From the NCBI RefSeq assembly GCF_000150275.1, contig NW_002060946.1:6114597-6178596 (forward strand): a stretch of DNA of 64,000 bases. Direction: 5' to 3'. Under the pieces are notes generated by a model. It did no database searches, was not told the DNA's origin, and saw only the letters and a program-made list of their open reading frames with translations. Shown here piece by piece: positions 25,457-38,199 of the stretch (its first letter is position 1; each line of letters opens with the position of its first letter). A program made the position numbers and the translations under genes. The stretch is from Trichoplax adhaerens (lineage: Eukaryota > Animalia > Placozoa).

Positions 25457-26494
25457 CTAAGATAGAATAGATGAACTAGTTACAGTTCCAAAACGCATTG
25501 CCTTACAATGACAAACAATTGCTACTACATTGTCACGTAGATTCTTATTGAAAAAGCCATAAATAATTGGGCTGGCCACTGAATGCCATGAAGCTAAGTA
25601 AAAAAGCCACTCACGTAGATTATAACGTCCGGCTCCATTAACGATTGATTTGTCAACTACAATTAAGACTTGATAGACATTATACGGCGTTTGTAGTATT
25701 AAATACACACCAATAATGATGGCCACAGCTTTCGTTGCTTTAAGATTAATGTATGAGGAATGTTGAGATGAGTTTTGACTTGCTGCTTGAATCCTGGTAG
25801 CATGATCTTTGGCTACTAAGTAAATTCGAAAGTACAGCACCATTGTAACAAAGGTGGGAAGGAGAAACATCAGGAACGACCAGAATATATGCCATGCTTG
25901 CAAGCTTAGTTTTCGATTCTCAATGGTTTCCGATATTAGGCAGAAGTAAGGGCACATACGCCACCATCCAATAATAATAGGCAAAAAGGCTACAAATGTA
26001 GGTAGAATCCAGCATACTATGAGTATGTTGATAAATAAAGCCGATTTATAAACACTGATTTGGTTATACCAAAATGGTGAGGTGATGGCTATAAACTTTT
26101 CTAAGCTAATAGAACAAATGTGGAAATTCATGCAACATACAAAGGCAAACTGGATGACAATCGACGATAACTGGCAATAGATGTTAATGAAAGGATGAAT
26201 GGAGTTACGAATGGCCAAAATTTTGATAGGCAAAACGTAGAAGAAATCATAGATCATATTAGCGCAACACAAACTGCCCACTAAGATGCTACTATAAGTC
26301 CATAAAGAACGCCTTAAGCAAATAATACTCAGCAACAGGACATTGGGTATCAGAATAAAGAGAAAAAGAACGCTCCAGGCGATGGAAACATCCATTTCAA
26401 ATCGTGTTAATGAACGATAAACTATACTGGTTAGATTTATTTGAAGGAAATAGCGAACATCCAAACATGGCGTATATTGTAAAGTTTGAGACAT
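25457..26494 (-). CDS. Single-exon class A 7TM GPCR, 345 aa from the likely ATG at 26494 (paralog 3)
   Basis: The ORF-track start at 26545 is a TTG. The first in-frame ATG (MSQTLQYTPCLD) at 26494 matches paralog N-terminal length. Motifs SLCCAN, SISLEKF, CWILP, QTPY, HSVASPIIY. Confidence 0.95.
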   Translation of the reverse strand: MSQTLQYTPCLDVRYFLQINLTSIVYRSLTRFEMDVSIAWSVLFLFILIPNVLLLSIICLRRSLWTYSSILVGSLCCANMIYDFFYVLPIKILAIRNSIHPFINIYCQLSSIVIQFAFVCCMNFHICSISLEKFIAITSPFWYNQISVYKSALFINILIVCWILPTFVAFLPIIIGWWRMCPYFCLISETIENRKLSLQAWHIFWSFLMFLLPTFVTMVLYFRIYLVAKDHATRIQAASQNSSQHSSYINLKATKAVAIIIGVYLILQTPYNVYQVLIVVDKSIVNGAGRYNLREWLFYLASWHSVASPIIYGFFNKNLRDNVVAIVCHCKAMRFGTVTSSSILS

Positions 26495-26714
26495 AATGAT
26501 TTTTAAAGGTGCTTTGTATTTTAAATTCAGAATCCCAGAGATCAATCAAGTACGTTAAAGTACGTTTCCAATTTTCGCTTTCTTGGCACCTAATTCTAAA
26601 TATACAGTCCAGAAAGAATTATATAATTAGTAATTTCGTATGAATTTGCAAAGTCAGTATGTTGCTGAAGTGTATTTACGGCGTTATATAAGAGCGTTGT
26701 TGTGATCAAATTTA

Positions 26715-27077
26715 CAAGATACAGTAACAATAGCAAGGGGAAAACTTGCAGTATTTGGATTCAGAGGATTAAATAAAGGTTATAGTAAGTTTATTAATTA
26801 TAAAATCATTGGTTTATTATCATTCAGCGAAAAGTACAGTAATTACGTAAAGTTAATACTTGAGCCTACTGGCAATTAAAATTACCAGTCGTAATTAGAT
26901 GTGCAAGATTCGGTAGTAATAGCAAGGAAAAGCTTATAGTAGTATTAGAGTAAATAGAGGCTGTAGTCAATTTTTTTTTATCATAAACTCACAGATTTTA
27001 TTATCGTTCAACGAAAATTACAGTCATGAAGCTTATTAAAGTCAGTACTTGTACCTGTTAGCAATGGAAATTGCTAT
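26715..27077 (+). repeat. Diverged duplication, period about 190 bp, directly upstream of paralog 3
   Basis: caagat..aatagcaagg..tttattatc.ttca.cgaaaa.tacagt..tacttg..cct..gcaat..aaatt occurs twice. Confidence 0.8.
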
Positions 27078-27900
27078 TAATATAAAAAAACAAGATATAA
27101 GCTAATTTGCTGAACTTTGAATATAAGCGTATGCAGTGACTTTGTTCTAATATTTAGCACGTAATGACATTTATAGTCAATTATAATAACAGAAAATACA
27201 TCAAATTTGGATGTTTAGATCAAGACAGTTATGTATGGTTATTTCATTAATATAATAGCGTATAGGACTGTATGTCCACGCCTTTTCTTCCATTCTTTGG
27301 ATTAAAGTAAGTCATCATAATTCCTAAATCCATTTGATATAAAAGAATAAGACACTCAGCCTTATAGTTTCTAATTTTAACATACATAAGCAAATGATCA
27401 ACAACTTTCGTCATTTTATATCGACTTTCTACTGCTTCTGAGTTGTTTGTTAAAATAAAACCGATTTAATGTAATTATAAATTCCGATAACTATGAAAAT
27501 TTTCTATTTACTCCAAAAGTTAAAATAGTTTATTTGCCATTTTTGAGAATGGATAAGTCTTTTTATTATATAATTAGTTTTCCTCATGCTATCAATATTC
27601 TCTAAAATTTCAAGCTATACTTATTAAATTACCTAAGGAAATACCTGTAAATTTTGCTTACACTTTGTCTAAATGCAACGTTTTAATTTAATTTAGGGTG
27701 AGGTAGGATAAAATAGTTGTGAACTAATTTCATCGAATTGTATTCATCATTTAAGTATTAAGAACGAGGCGATATGTAGAGCTAAATTAATTTTAAGCTT
27801 CCAAAACCTATTTAAACCATGCTCTTTTAGTCGATAAAGATTATGATTTTTTTAGTGAGAATGAAACTCTTACAGTACTTTGCTTTAATTAATGCAGTCT

Positions 27901-28630
27901 AATATTGGAATACTAACGGATTGGTATTCTAGTGCTTCGGTGTCGTTGGCTAAAGAAAATTCACTCCTAATCTTAGCTGCAATTTAATTTTACCTTTGGC
28001 TCGTAATAGACAGTAATTGAAGCTTGATCAAAATTTTAAGCCTTAAAAACCTTATATATACATCATTAAAAATATATTATGACTAAATCTGCAAGATTAC
28101 AATTTATAAATTTGCAATAGAGTTCCATCTTGTATCTGGTACTATCGCATATACTGACGATGAACTCAAGTAATATGTTCTTCTTGTGATATGGCTTAAA
28201 AATGCATATTTTATCATTCACCTCTAAATTTATCGGTAATACTATTTGCTTAAATCAAAATAAAATAGGAAAAGTGTCTTAATAAATTAGCGATATACTT
28301 GACGCAGTTTTATGAAATCATCACCCGATAATACAGTACTGTCGCTTCAGTCCTTCTTTCGAAAAAATATGGCAAATTACAGCTACTAGGTATCCTTCAC
28401 AATTTCATTATTTAACCTATGTTATATATAAGCTGTACTATTTGTAACTTTAATTGGTAATCATAGCAAATTTTCGAACTGTAAGTATTTTGGCCAAAAT
28501 GACTTCAATTACTACTCAATCTTCCCATAATAATTGACAAATATGATGTAATCTGTGCAAAAACAAATAGCATGGTAAATATTTCCATGTTCGATATAAG
28601 TTAGCTCCTCATTCTGTAATGACGGCTACG
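27901..28630 (+). pseudogene. Decayed GPCR, probably of the same N2.50 subfamily
   Basis: One frame: WYSSASVSLAKENSLLILAAI* (TM1), LSLKNLIY (TM2, N2.50), ICKITIYKFAIEFHLVS (TM3, cf. YCQLSSIVIQFAF...NFHICS), YVLLVIWL (TM4). Later AVLFVTLIG (TM6) and TNSMVN (28563). Confidence 0.55.
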
Positions 28631-29459
28631 AAAGCAAAAGTATTAACCATTTATGGAATACTTCCACTAAAATTCCATACCAAACAGTCTTGGATATTTT
28701 AGCACGAGTCATCTAGGTTACATGACAATTTCTGATTTATTCGCCTAGATTACTTTTCAAATCGAATTGGCCCGACTAGTTTATCGCGTGGATAGTAAAT
28801 TAGTAGCAGTAAAACTGAATCTAATGTAAAATTTATGCACGCTAAGTTATACGAATAATCCAGCTCCATACAGACGTAATAGACTTTAGCTAGAACTGTA
28901 GAATAGAAATCCTACAGCAAAAATTTCAGTTAACATACTAGCATATCTGCACAAATGATCGTTATTGTCAATTATACGCCTAGCTGATCACTCATTTAGG
29001 CATAAAAAACCTGTCAAGGTAACTTTCAAGTAGTAAATGTGGTTTTTAGATTACATTTATAAAAAAAATTGTATATACGCTTACAGGATTAGGATAATTT
29101 CTTGATAGATAGAGTTCGTGGTAGCCTTTTCTTATAGTTTTCTTTCACAAAATATCTTGCCTAAATGATACAGATATTCATTTCCTTGTTGCTAGAGAAA
29201 GAAATTATTTAATATTAATACGTTCTCGTGATAAAATTTAGGATACAAATGAGAGTAAAATTTTCTATGAATGTCTAAGAATGCTTAAACTTAGTTATGA
29301 ATCTTTCATTACTTGTATGCTGACACCTTTAAATTCAAATAGTGTTATGATTCCTAAGACAGGCATTTCATAATGAGGTACAGTTGCAAGGGATAACGAA
29401 AGTTTATCAAGTTAAAATGGTAAAGTGATAGCAATTTTCCCCTTAGCGTTGTGCGAATT

Positions 29460-30110
29460 AAAGTAATATCCTGCGGCATAATCATATATTTTATCTTGCT
29501 CTCGGCAATTTGATATGATAAGGACTAAATTCATACATTATAATTACCGGTATCTAAGTTTACAAGTAACATCGGTTATCTATACAAACTTGTTTTGCAG
29601 GATAGGCTAAATTCTACGTAGGTACCTCAATGTACATCGCCTAGCGTATTTTATGTCTATGCGCTACTAGCTGTACTTTATCCGATGGAAATAATTGTCT
29701 TAGATTCGCTTGATTTCATAATTGAAGCCGAAGAATAAAGATGATAAAAATTTAATAACAAATCAAAGATCACGCCCGCAATATCATAATAAAATTCAAA
29801 AGTCACGACGCTTAGTTCTCTAGTAAACTCTATAGCTACTTGTTTTTACAACATAATGTGATATTTAGTGTTAAATTAATAATAGTAAATGTGTTGTTGT
29901 AGTGAGTCGGGCATAATATTATTATCAAGCTATTAATAGCGGCTAGAGGAATATTTTCTGCTCAAAAAATAGATTTCATCGATTGTAAATATTTTTATTA
30001 ATGACTTTAATTCCTTTGAGCAAATTTGAGAACAACTATTTTATCAGAGGAGGTAAGATTTAATGAGTAATACAATATACGATCGTGTCAACAGCTCCAT
30101 GATCAGATAA
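29460..30110 (+). pseudogene. Candidate decayed class A GPCR
   Basis: IIIYFILLSAI*YDK (TM1); AKFYVGTSMYIA*RILCLCATS (TM3, cf. SILxLCAIS) overlapping LAVLYPM (ICL2) with the DRY segment absent; KLLIAARGIF (TM6); VNSSM (TM7). Confidence 0.48.
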
Positions 30111-30899
30111 ATTAGAAAGGAAAGCATTCAATTTCCGTTATTAACCGAGAATTGACACTGCATATAAAAGTCATACATAAAATTGCAGATATTAGTATAT
30201 TAAGAGATAAAAATACTGTATATGTACATCCATCAAATTTATTCTTAATGTCATAATTTAATTAATGAGTTAGGATAGTACTTTATAGAATTGCAGTCCT
30301 GTTTCAATTCCTTAGAATAAACGAAATTCGCACAGTAGGTAAAATATAAATAGATTTTAGTCCCTAGGGCATCACGTCAGTAACAGTTAGAGATTTTGAA
30401 ACGTGTTTTGATCTTTAGCTCTTATTATTGGTAAGTATTAAATATTGATTAAGCTATTCTATTTTTGATTTAAATTTAGTTATACTAAATTGTTTTGATA
30501 GAAATGATTATATATACCTATTTTGTAATTATCGGATATGTTCTTATGAATAGAAAATTAGGATAATTAGATTCATAAAACTGAATTTAACTGTTATTTA
30601 ATAAAAATAATAATATCAATAAAATACTAGTACTTTATGATTATTAAAGTATACTTTATAGTCCGATCGATGATTATCAAATCGATGACGAAATTTGAAC
30701 AAATTCCATGATGACCCTCCCATACGCTTTTGTGATAATGTAACGGAAGTAGTGTATATTTCGGCTATGCAAAAATTTTAACTGTAGGCCTTCGACTGAA
30801 TTTTATTCATTTTATCCATTTGAGAATCAATTAATGTTGCAATGTAGTCATCTTCAACTGCATTAGCATAATATCTTCAAACTGATAATACACCGTAAT

Positions 30900-31240
30900 A
30901 AACAAGCTTTATTCATCTCTTACAGCCATAATCGCCCCAAGTATGAAGGCTATTTTCTTCAGTTTCTACTATGCCAATTAATTTTCAAGATTTAAAAGCG
31001 ACACGGATAAATTTCTTTATAATGCATTCAACAAACAAACGACATAGCGTTCCAATGCTCGATTATTTTAACGCCATAAACTCTTAAAAACGAATAGATA
31101 CTACTAGTTAAATCTAAAGTTTATAAAAGTAACTCTTCTATCTTCATAAAAGATTATCCAATAAAGTAATACAACTATAATCTGTCATACATTCGCCACT
31201 AGAACGACAGAGCAAATGCAATTCCAATTAGTTTATTTAG
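30900..31240 (-). pseudogene. Possible GPCR fragment
   Basis: SVVLVANV*QIIVVL (TM1-like), ALERYVV (ERY at 31052-31044), KIAFILGAIMAV. Spacing is compressed. Confidence 0.3.
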
Positions 31241-31620
31241 AGTAATATTAAAAATGAACAATAGGCATACAAATAACAGTAAGTTTGCGTTCCTTCCCGC
31301 TAGTGATCGCTAGCAGAATCTAAATTCATTCTATACGAAGTAAATCACTGTTATAAGATTTTCTAAATTTTATTGACGGTCAAAATTTTTAAAAATATCG
31401 AATTTTATCAAATGTAATAATTTACTTGTGAATCTTTATTTCTAAGTATGTAATTACATTGCAAGTACGCTGCACCTACATTAATCTTTATTAACTATAA
31501 ATACTTAGATCGTGATTAATATTGTATCATGATGTTGTGATAATGTAATTAGGTATTAAACCTTGAAGAAAAAATGAGATAGGCAACTTCACGTTGAATA
31601 AAACAGCTGACAGTGAAAAT

Positions 31621-32100
31621 ATTTTAATGTATCAGACAATACTATGTCCGTTTCAAATATCAACAGTCAAAACAACAATTCTTTGAACCAGTTCATGCTT
31701 CGTCGCAAATCATGCAACAATGAAATTAATTTTTGTTTACAACTCGTATTGATATGCATAAGTTATGTGTGTATATATACGTACTTACTATTAGTTTCAT
31801 TTTAAGCTATCTGATGGGCAGTAATTACGTATGGGTCTTGTTCCATGTTAACTGTAAAATTTTGTATGCAATTTCTAAAGACCATTTCAGTGCTTTTAAA
31901 TCGCATGAAGATTGAATTGTCAAGGGTACAAATATGGATGCGTTGGCAATTCTAGTGCTCTCACAATTTTGCGTGACATATTTTTGACACAGGGATTTGA
32001 GATAATCAAGTGAAATTCAGTACATATGCTAATATGAATGTGAATTCTTTTTGTTGCTACGTATGTCTTAACTTATACAATATATGGCAATAGCACATCC
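31621..32100 (+). pseudogene. Candidate GPCR relic related to the intact family
   Basis: MYQTILCPFQISTVKT (cf. FIAITSPFWYNQISVYKS); ORF 31733-31915 ends NCKILYAISKDH (cf. YIRIFLVAKDH); KGT...LAILVL (TM6); YMAIAH (cf. YLASWH). Confidence 0.45.
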
Positions 32101-32714
32101 GTGATAAGAAAAATAATCGAAGTGATCATCATTAATGTTCCTCATTTCGGCTAAAGCCTCACTGTTTTAATTTCTTTAGAATTAATAATTATCAGAATAT
32201 GTCCGTCGTTACTAGATATGAATACTTCGTAATTTGGTTGACATATTTCCATAAGTACTATTACTTTATTTTCTCATATTAGTCTACACGGTTAGAAATT
32301 ATTTTCTGCCTTTACACCGTCTCATATAATAGAAATTTATTAAGCCTTCGCAAAAGCGATGTAATTCTCTACAAACGTGGATTCTTCTATAAAGAGTAAG
32401 TGACATACACCTAAATTAAGGCGTAAAGATTATAAATGTAAAAGAATTTTTCGACAATATCACAGCTATAGGTACTGTATTATAGATCGAAATCTAGCTA
32501 GAACTTCTAAAATTTACAAGGCGTATTATCTATTATATAATAACTGGCATGATTACCTGTGCTCTATAGAATATCGAATCGACTAGACTCTTTATCGTTC
32601 CCATTGCTTGTAGTTAAAAAATTTCTCTAGCATAAGTATTCGGCATAGAAACAAAAATGCGAGAGAGATTACCCGTATTGAATGTCTACAGATTTTGCTT
32701 TAGGGCTATCGCTT

Positions 32715-33230
32715 CCTTGGATTTTAAGAACTATGGTACTGGCGGAAGTGGAGCCATTCAAGACTGCTAAGTTTTTACTGACGATCTTTAAGCATCCGGT
32801 AAAGTATCTACGATTGCTTACTAGCTCAAACTCTGTTGAATAGATATCAGTAATGATAATGGTCTCTAAGAGGACGATAGCTTTAGCAACGGTCGGAGAA
32901 AATAAATTTTAATAATCATTTATTTAATCAAATTTTGTAATTTATTCTTAATGTTTGATCAGTTGCAATTTTTGCAAAGGCTTTAAATGAGCTTATTATT
33001 AGTAAACGAAATATATTGACATTCTGAGTAACAACACAGTTGGAAAAAAATTTTATCAATTCAATCCAATGCAGTTTGAACTCAGTACCCAAACAAGTAC
33101 AATAAGAAGTAAAGATCAATGCTTTAAACATACCCATAATGTTATTATAAAACATACCGTTTCATAATGTGATCAAATTACGGTATGACTTCCCACTAAA
33201 TTAGCAAAGTAATCTTTCCTAAAATTGCGG
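32715..33230 (-). pseudogene. Decayed GPCR (TM3 end to TM7), same strand as the intact genes
   Basis: YFA..SYRNLIT, VCFIITLWV (TM4), FKAFAKIATDQTLRI (ORF 32928-33155; cf. RIFLVAKDHVSRI), PTVAKAI..IIITDIY (TM6), LEWLHFRQYHSS*NP (cf. REWLFYLASWHSVASP). Confidence 0.55.
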
Positions 33231-33259
33231 TGTCGACTTGTTCGAATTATTTCTACTTA

Positions 33260-34090
33260 ATGTTTTTGCGGTAATGTTAATGTTGTAGCAGTAGAATTAA
33301 ATGTTGATTTAAAATTTAATTTATGTAAGAGAAGCTGCCAATTTCATGATACTAATATAATCTATCAAACTTGCTATTATGACACTTTTGCATATAAAAT
33401 ATTGAGTACCGAACATTCACTCTTTATTGAACACTCTGAATGCTTCAAATTTATACCTATTACTGCTTTATCTTTCGCTACGCTACTTACATATTCTATG
33501 GTTCTATTGCAATGCTGGCGGTATTTAGTGATCGTTAGTTTATATAATCAGTTCAGAATCAATGTAAAACTAATATGATTACCCTTATTTGATTTGTTTT
33601 GTTCTCATTTTTTAGATAAGGTAGTGGGACGTCTACTATGGCATAAGCAACTCGCAAAGTGCCTTGAATAAAATTTTGTATCTGATATATAAATGGGTAA
33701 TTTACCGAAACAAGCATATCCGGCATTTCAATATTCCTAGCTTAAAGCAATGTATGGAGTGCTACAAATAACAATATACCCTAACGGTATTATTATGCTG
33801 AGTTATTACGGTAACCAAATAGGCATACATGAAGAATAAGCTAATATAGCTAATATACTGTAGCGAGAACGGCACTGTAATGATTTGCGTAGTTTATGAG
33901 AGATAAATGTAGAAATCTGACGTAGTATGCTCAGCTGTTTATACACAGATAGTAACTGTGATCTAATAATTGTGATTTAATACAATGATTTCTATTGAAA
34001 GCTGCAGTCAAGTAATAAGATCTGGTTATAGCTTAGTTAATCTTGCGTTAGCTTAATCCTCAAATAGGCTGTATGAATCGACATATCAGT
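33260..34090 (+). pseudogene. Decayed full-length class A GPCR with canonical motifs
   Basis: CGNVNVVAV (GN at 33270); SNL/LAI..D (TM2); YYCFIFRYATYIFYGSIAMLAVFSDR*F (C 33464, DR 33530, TAG at the Y position); ITLI*F (W); YPNGIIMLSYYG (P-x7-Y, 33780); VMICVVY; LNPQIGCMNRHI (34052). Confidence 0.75.
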
Positions 34091-34199
34091 ACAATAATTC
34101 ATTAGTTCACATTCTGACTCACCAATAGCACACTTTAATTCCTACCAACCAGCATAAATGCTAATCTTAGCCCTTCTAGCCAAAATTCTACTGCCTCGC

Positions 34200-34790
34200 T
34201 GACGTAAATTAGCTAATCGGATAGGCGATAGAGCTTGAGTTTAACGACAGTAGCACCTTTGAGATAAAAATGAGATAATATTTCACTGTAAGACATCATT
34301 TAATGGCCCTTGACATTAATATTCCATCGATGTGTAAAATAGCCTGTGGCTAGTTTGCCTTGGTAAAAGTAATTGCTGATTGATCTATGTACATTATTTC
34401 AGATCATCATTTCTATATCTATAAATCTAGAGTTATATTAGTTTCGTATATTGTACAAGCTTAGACCCCCCTCTAAAATGAAATGGTCAGTGCAGAGATG
34501 TATGCAATAATGAAATAATGATAATCTGTAATGATTATGATCAAAATGCAGCATATATTCTGATGTATCAAGAAAGTATTCTAGGAGCCCGTGCTCCTAA
34601 TTACAAGGGCTACTACTTCCTTTAAAAAACTAATTTACCGTGATTATAAGTCCTCTTGTCGAACCCAAAATTATTTAAAATTACTGTATTTTAGCCGATA
34701 GGACATAAATTATTTTGGTGCGATGTAGAAGTATAACAAGAGTAAATTTAATACAAATAGTCGACATAAATCTTTGCTACAATTGAGGAT
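34200..34790 (-). pseudogene. Possible decayed GPCR
   Basis: DLCRLFVL...NLCPIG (TM3), ICCIL..YFIIAYISALTISF (ECL2/TM5), CQGPLN (cf. LQTPYN), SLNSSSIAYPIS*. Confidence 0.35.
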
Positions 34791-35097
34791 GTTCAATATT
34801 TCGCATGCTCATATCTTTCTTACAAAATTGACATTTGATAGCAATGGTTAATTCAATACATTTTGAGCAATTAAAACTCATAAGTCACGAATGATGGAAA
34901 AAGTCATATTGAAAAGAATTTTCTGTTGCGAGTTGAATTGATACGAATGTCAGACGTTGGAAACTATCGGTAATCCGACTATTCTCGCTAGCTCACGCAC
35001 ATAAATGCCATATGTGTTGTAACATATAACTACTGTAATTAGCTGAAATCAATACTTTTGCATAGTGATTTCCTTGCACTATACATCAGATCGTAAC

Positions 35098-36100
35098 ATG
35101 ACTTTGTTTTTAGGGGCTACTGCGAAGGTTATTCCTTTTTATATTATATCTTATTAAAACTAGACACTCAGATTTACGCAACTTACTTACTTTTGAATAA
35201 ATGATGATGGTAACCAGATTTTCAAAATATGCCATCATTTCAGGATACTACTGGCATCGCTCTGAAATACCCTACTATACTGCAATCTGTATTTAGCAAT
35301 TTATTAAGCAAGTCTAAAATAAACTAAATTAAGCTAGTGTTATTGATAGCACGTGATCGTATGACTACTCGGCCACGTTATAAACTTATCGAGAACAATC
35401 TTACTTTAACAATTTAATTTCGAAAACTGTTGCAAAAATGAATTCGCAATGAACATTGACTTCAAATATTTAATTACATCAGCCAAGCAAAATTTTGTAA
35501 TCTTGAACATATGCAGCTAGAGTAATTTAAGACTATTCTTATCCCGGTAGCAATGTAAATAATCTGGCTATAGCCGATTCTCTTTAATCCGGCAGTATTT
35601 ATGATTACTGCCGATAAATTTCGTCAAGGCAATTATTTGTACTTTATATAGTATTTATTTATTTAATTACAATTTATAAAAACCGAATAAATTAAGATTA
35701 TGGCTAGTATGCGGCTATTTTTGTTGTTGTTCCTATTTTAATTTTACTGCATTATTATATATCTCTGTTATAATTTCGTAATATTTGCTATATGCTAAAG
35801 CTGGTAACTTAGCGTATCGCTGAGATGGCAGTTGTTGCCGTTGCTGTAGTTAGAAGTTAATTACTTGATATGATGTTATGGGTCATATGTCAGTTTATTA
35901 TTCAGGATCACTGTGTGACAGCGTAGGATATCTCTGCCGGAAGTTACCTAAAAATAGTAATAATTAAAGAACTTAGTCGTGAATGCATCATTACAACTTT
36001 AATCGGAGCACCTTGATTTTCTAGCTTATACTGTAACTAGATCAGCAAACCTAGATTTTGCTGATCCATGCATGTAATTAGCAAGACCTGCAATAAGAGT
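35098..36100 (+). pseudogene. Decayed full-length class A GPCR
   Basis: LFLGATAKVI (TM1), DLRN, GYYW (ECL1), YCNLYLAI (C 35281), VLLIARDR(Y lost)MTTRPRYK (D 35355, 74 nt after C; canonical is 72), IFVVVPI..LCY (TM5), RIAEMAVV (TM6), FLAY...ADPCM*LARPAIR. Confidence 0.65.
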
Positions 36101-36269
36101 GTATCAATCTCTATGTTCAATAGCAATTCTATCATATTATTCGAATAGAACAAAACTCAATATGCTGGCAATAGTAAATATACATCTTAAGTTTTTTTAT
36201 GAGAAATAGACTTTAATGTCAGTGTTTTATAATTTTATAAGCTTTTAATTGTCTGCTATGTGAATACAT

Positions 36270-36700
36270 AAAACAATCTTTTTGCTGCTGATGGCTACTA
36301 AATATCATGTCGTAAGGTTCCGATATTGACTAATGACTTTGCTTCACCTTAACTTTAGCAAAATAAAAGAGAAGAAGTTATGTAATTGTATAGGAATTTA
36401 TAGTAACATTTTTAGCGGTAAATATGTTCGGATTACTAATGCATAGCTATATCGAAGTTTAGCCATTCTGCAATGAATTAGAGGATATTAATACTGCGAT
36501 GTCTGCAGATAGTGTCAGACATAGTAAAGAACTATTCGACCTAGAGTTAATTTTAAGATTTATCATGGAATGGGGGATATCTCAAAAGTTCTACGAGGAT
36601 TATTGCAAGTAAAACCATCTACCTAATAGTATACTAGCAGTCTAGTAATTTCTTGGACCATCAACGAAGTGATAATATAGGAAAGATATACGTACTAAAT
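36270..36700 (+). pseudogene. Candidate decayed class A GPCR (TM2-TM5)
   Basis: NLFAAD (36275); LCNCIGIYSNIFSG...LYRSLAIL (R at C+24); FIMEWGIS; FLGPS..KIY. Confidence 0.5.
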
Positions 36701-36999
36701 CACAATTGTTACTTTATTAAATAAAGTTCCATACTAATAATTTTTACTAGAATTAGCCACAAAGGCTAGTCTATAGTATTAAGCAATGATAATTTCCCCT
36801 AAATTTTATTAAAATAAAGGCAATAGATTATCATAACACATGGTTGACGACGGAAGAGGAAATAATAGTATTAACGAAAAGGGTAATAACAGGTGCATAT
36901 TGCATACATTGCACCTTAACGTACATAAACTACGCTTAAATGAATCACTTTGTCTAAATTTTATTCGATTAATCCATTAATATAATAAGAATTATTTTT

Positions 37000-37350
37000 A
37001 ATTTCTCGTAACATCTATTAAATTAGCTATCTTGTCTTGGTTCTACGCCAAAATATGGCAAAAAGGATTGTTGATCTAAGCAAGAAATGGAACACTTCTT
37101 TGTTACAATTTACACTAGAAAAATTGAGTCAAATTTAATGCTGTAAAGTGAATAATAATAACGAATTTGAGGTTGGATCGTTTATATACATTCGTATTGC
37201 ATGATCATTGTGCGCCTTTAGTTGAATGTTTAAGTAAGGTCAAATTTGGTGAGATCTCCCTAGATCTTACACCTAGCTTGGTGTGCAGTTTCCACTAATG
37301 TATAAATAAATTATTTATATTGCAGTTCTAAGTCAATTAAAAATTTTTAT
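37000..37350 (+). pseudogene. Candidate GPCR fragment (TM5-TM7)
   Basis: LAILSWFYAKIWQK (Y at 37044), NAVK*..TFVLHDHCAPL, CSFH*CINKLFI. Confidence 0.42.
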
Positions 37351-38199
37351 TACAAAAAACAGAAGTTTCAGCACTCCTACGTAGCTTTTATTTTATAATT
37401 TTAACATTGAAATCTCAATGTTATTTCGATTTTGTTGTAATGATTTCATCTAATTATAGTAGGCATATGTTAGGGAATACAGTGAAAGTACGTAGTGAAG
37501 ATCTTTAATTCAGTAACTGTATATAAGGCCGTGGCTAGTAGCAATATTAAAGTACTGTCATTAAGTTATAAACTAATGTGATTGATGACTCCTATGTAGA
37601 GCGGTATTTGATTGTTTTTTGTATAAGTTGTATAAAATTGTCGCTGTGTCGACTAGTAAGTCGATAATCATTCGGTTTTTTTACCCACTTTCAACTGTCC
37701 TTATGAGGGGAAGAAATTAGATTTTTTTCCGACAGACAGAAGCAATAAGCGTTAGTTTGAAAGTCAAGAATACGGCCTTGAGTACTTATGACATATTGGA
37801 GATTTGCTCTATTTTAAAAACTCAGAATTTTGAGTCATCAAATTGCGAATCTAAGCTTAAAAATCGATATACTACAGTTATATAATTTCTAATTTTACTA
37901 AGAATAATGTCTTGCTTATGATGAATTAACGCTTTGCACTTTCATGATACAATTATAACTATTTATTTTATTTCTTTTTATACTATTGGGGTGTAAAGAC
38001 TCGGGACAATTACCTTATTATATAGGTTACAGTATTAAATTAAACATTTAATAGTCAGCTGTATTCAGTTTTGCATTATTTAATCGGATTTTGTAATTTT
38101 ATCAATATCATTTCAATTAAAACATACCAATCTATTGCATGAATTGGTACATATACAGAATCACTCAGTTTTAATAGTACAGGGAAATTTAAAACCTGT

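Noticed and set aside
26495-26545. 17-aa N-terminal extension of paralog 3 in the ORF track
   Set aside because: It starts at TTG. The ATG at 26494 matches the paralogs and is the expected eukaryotic start.
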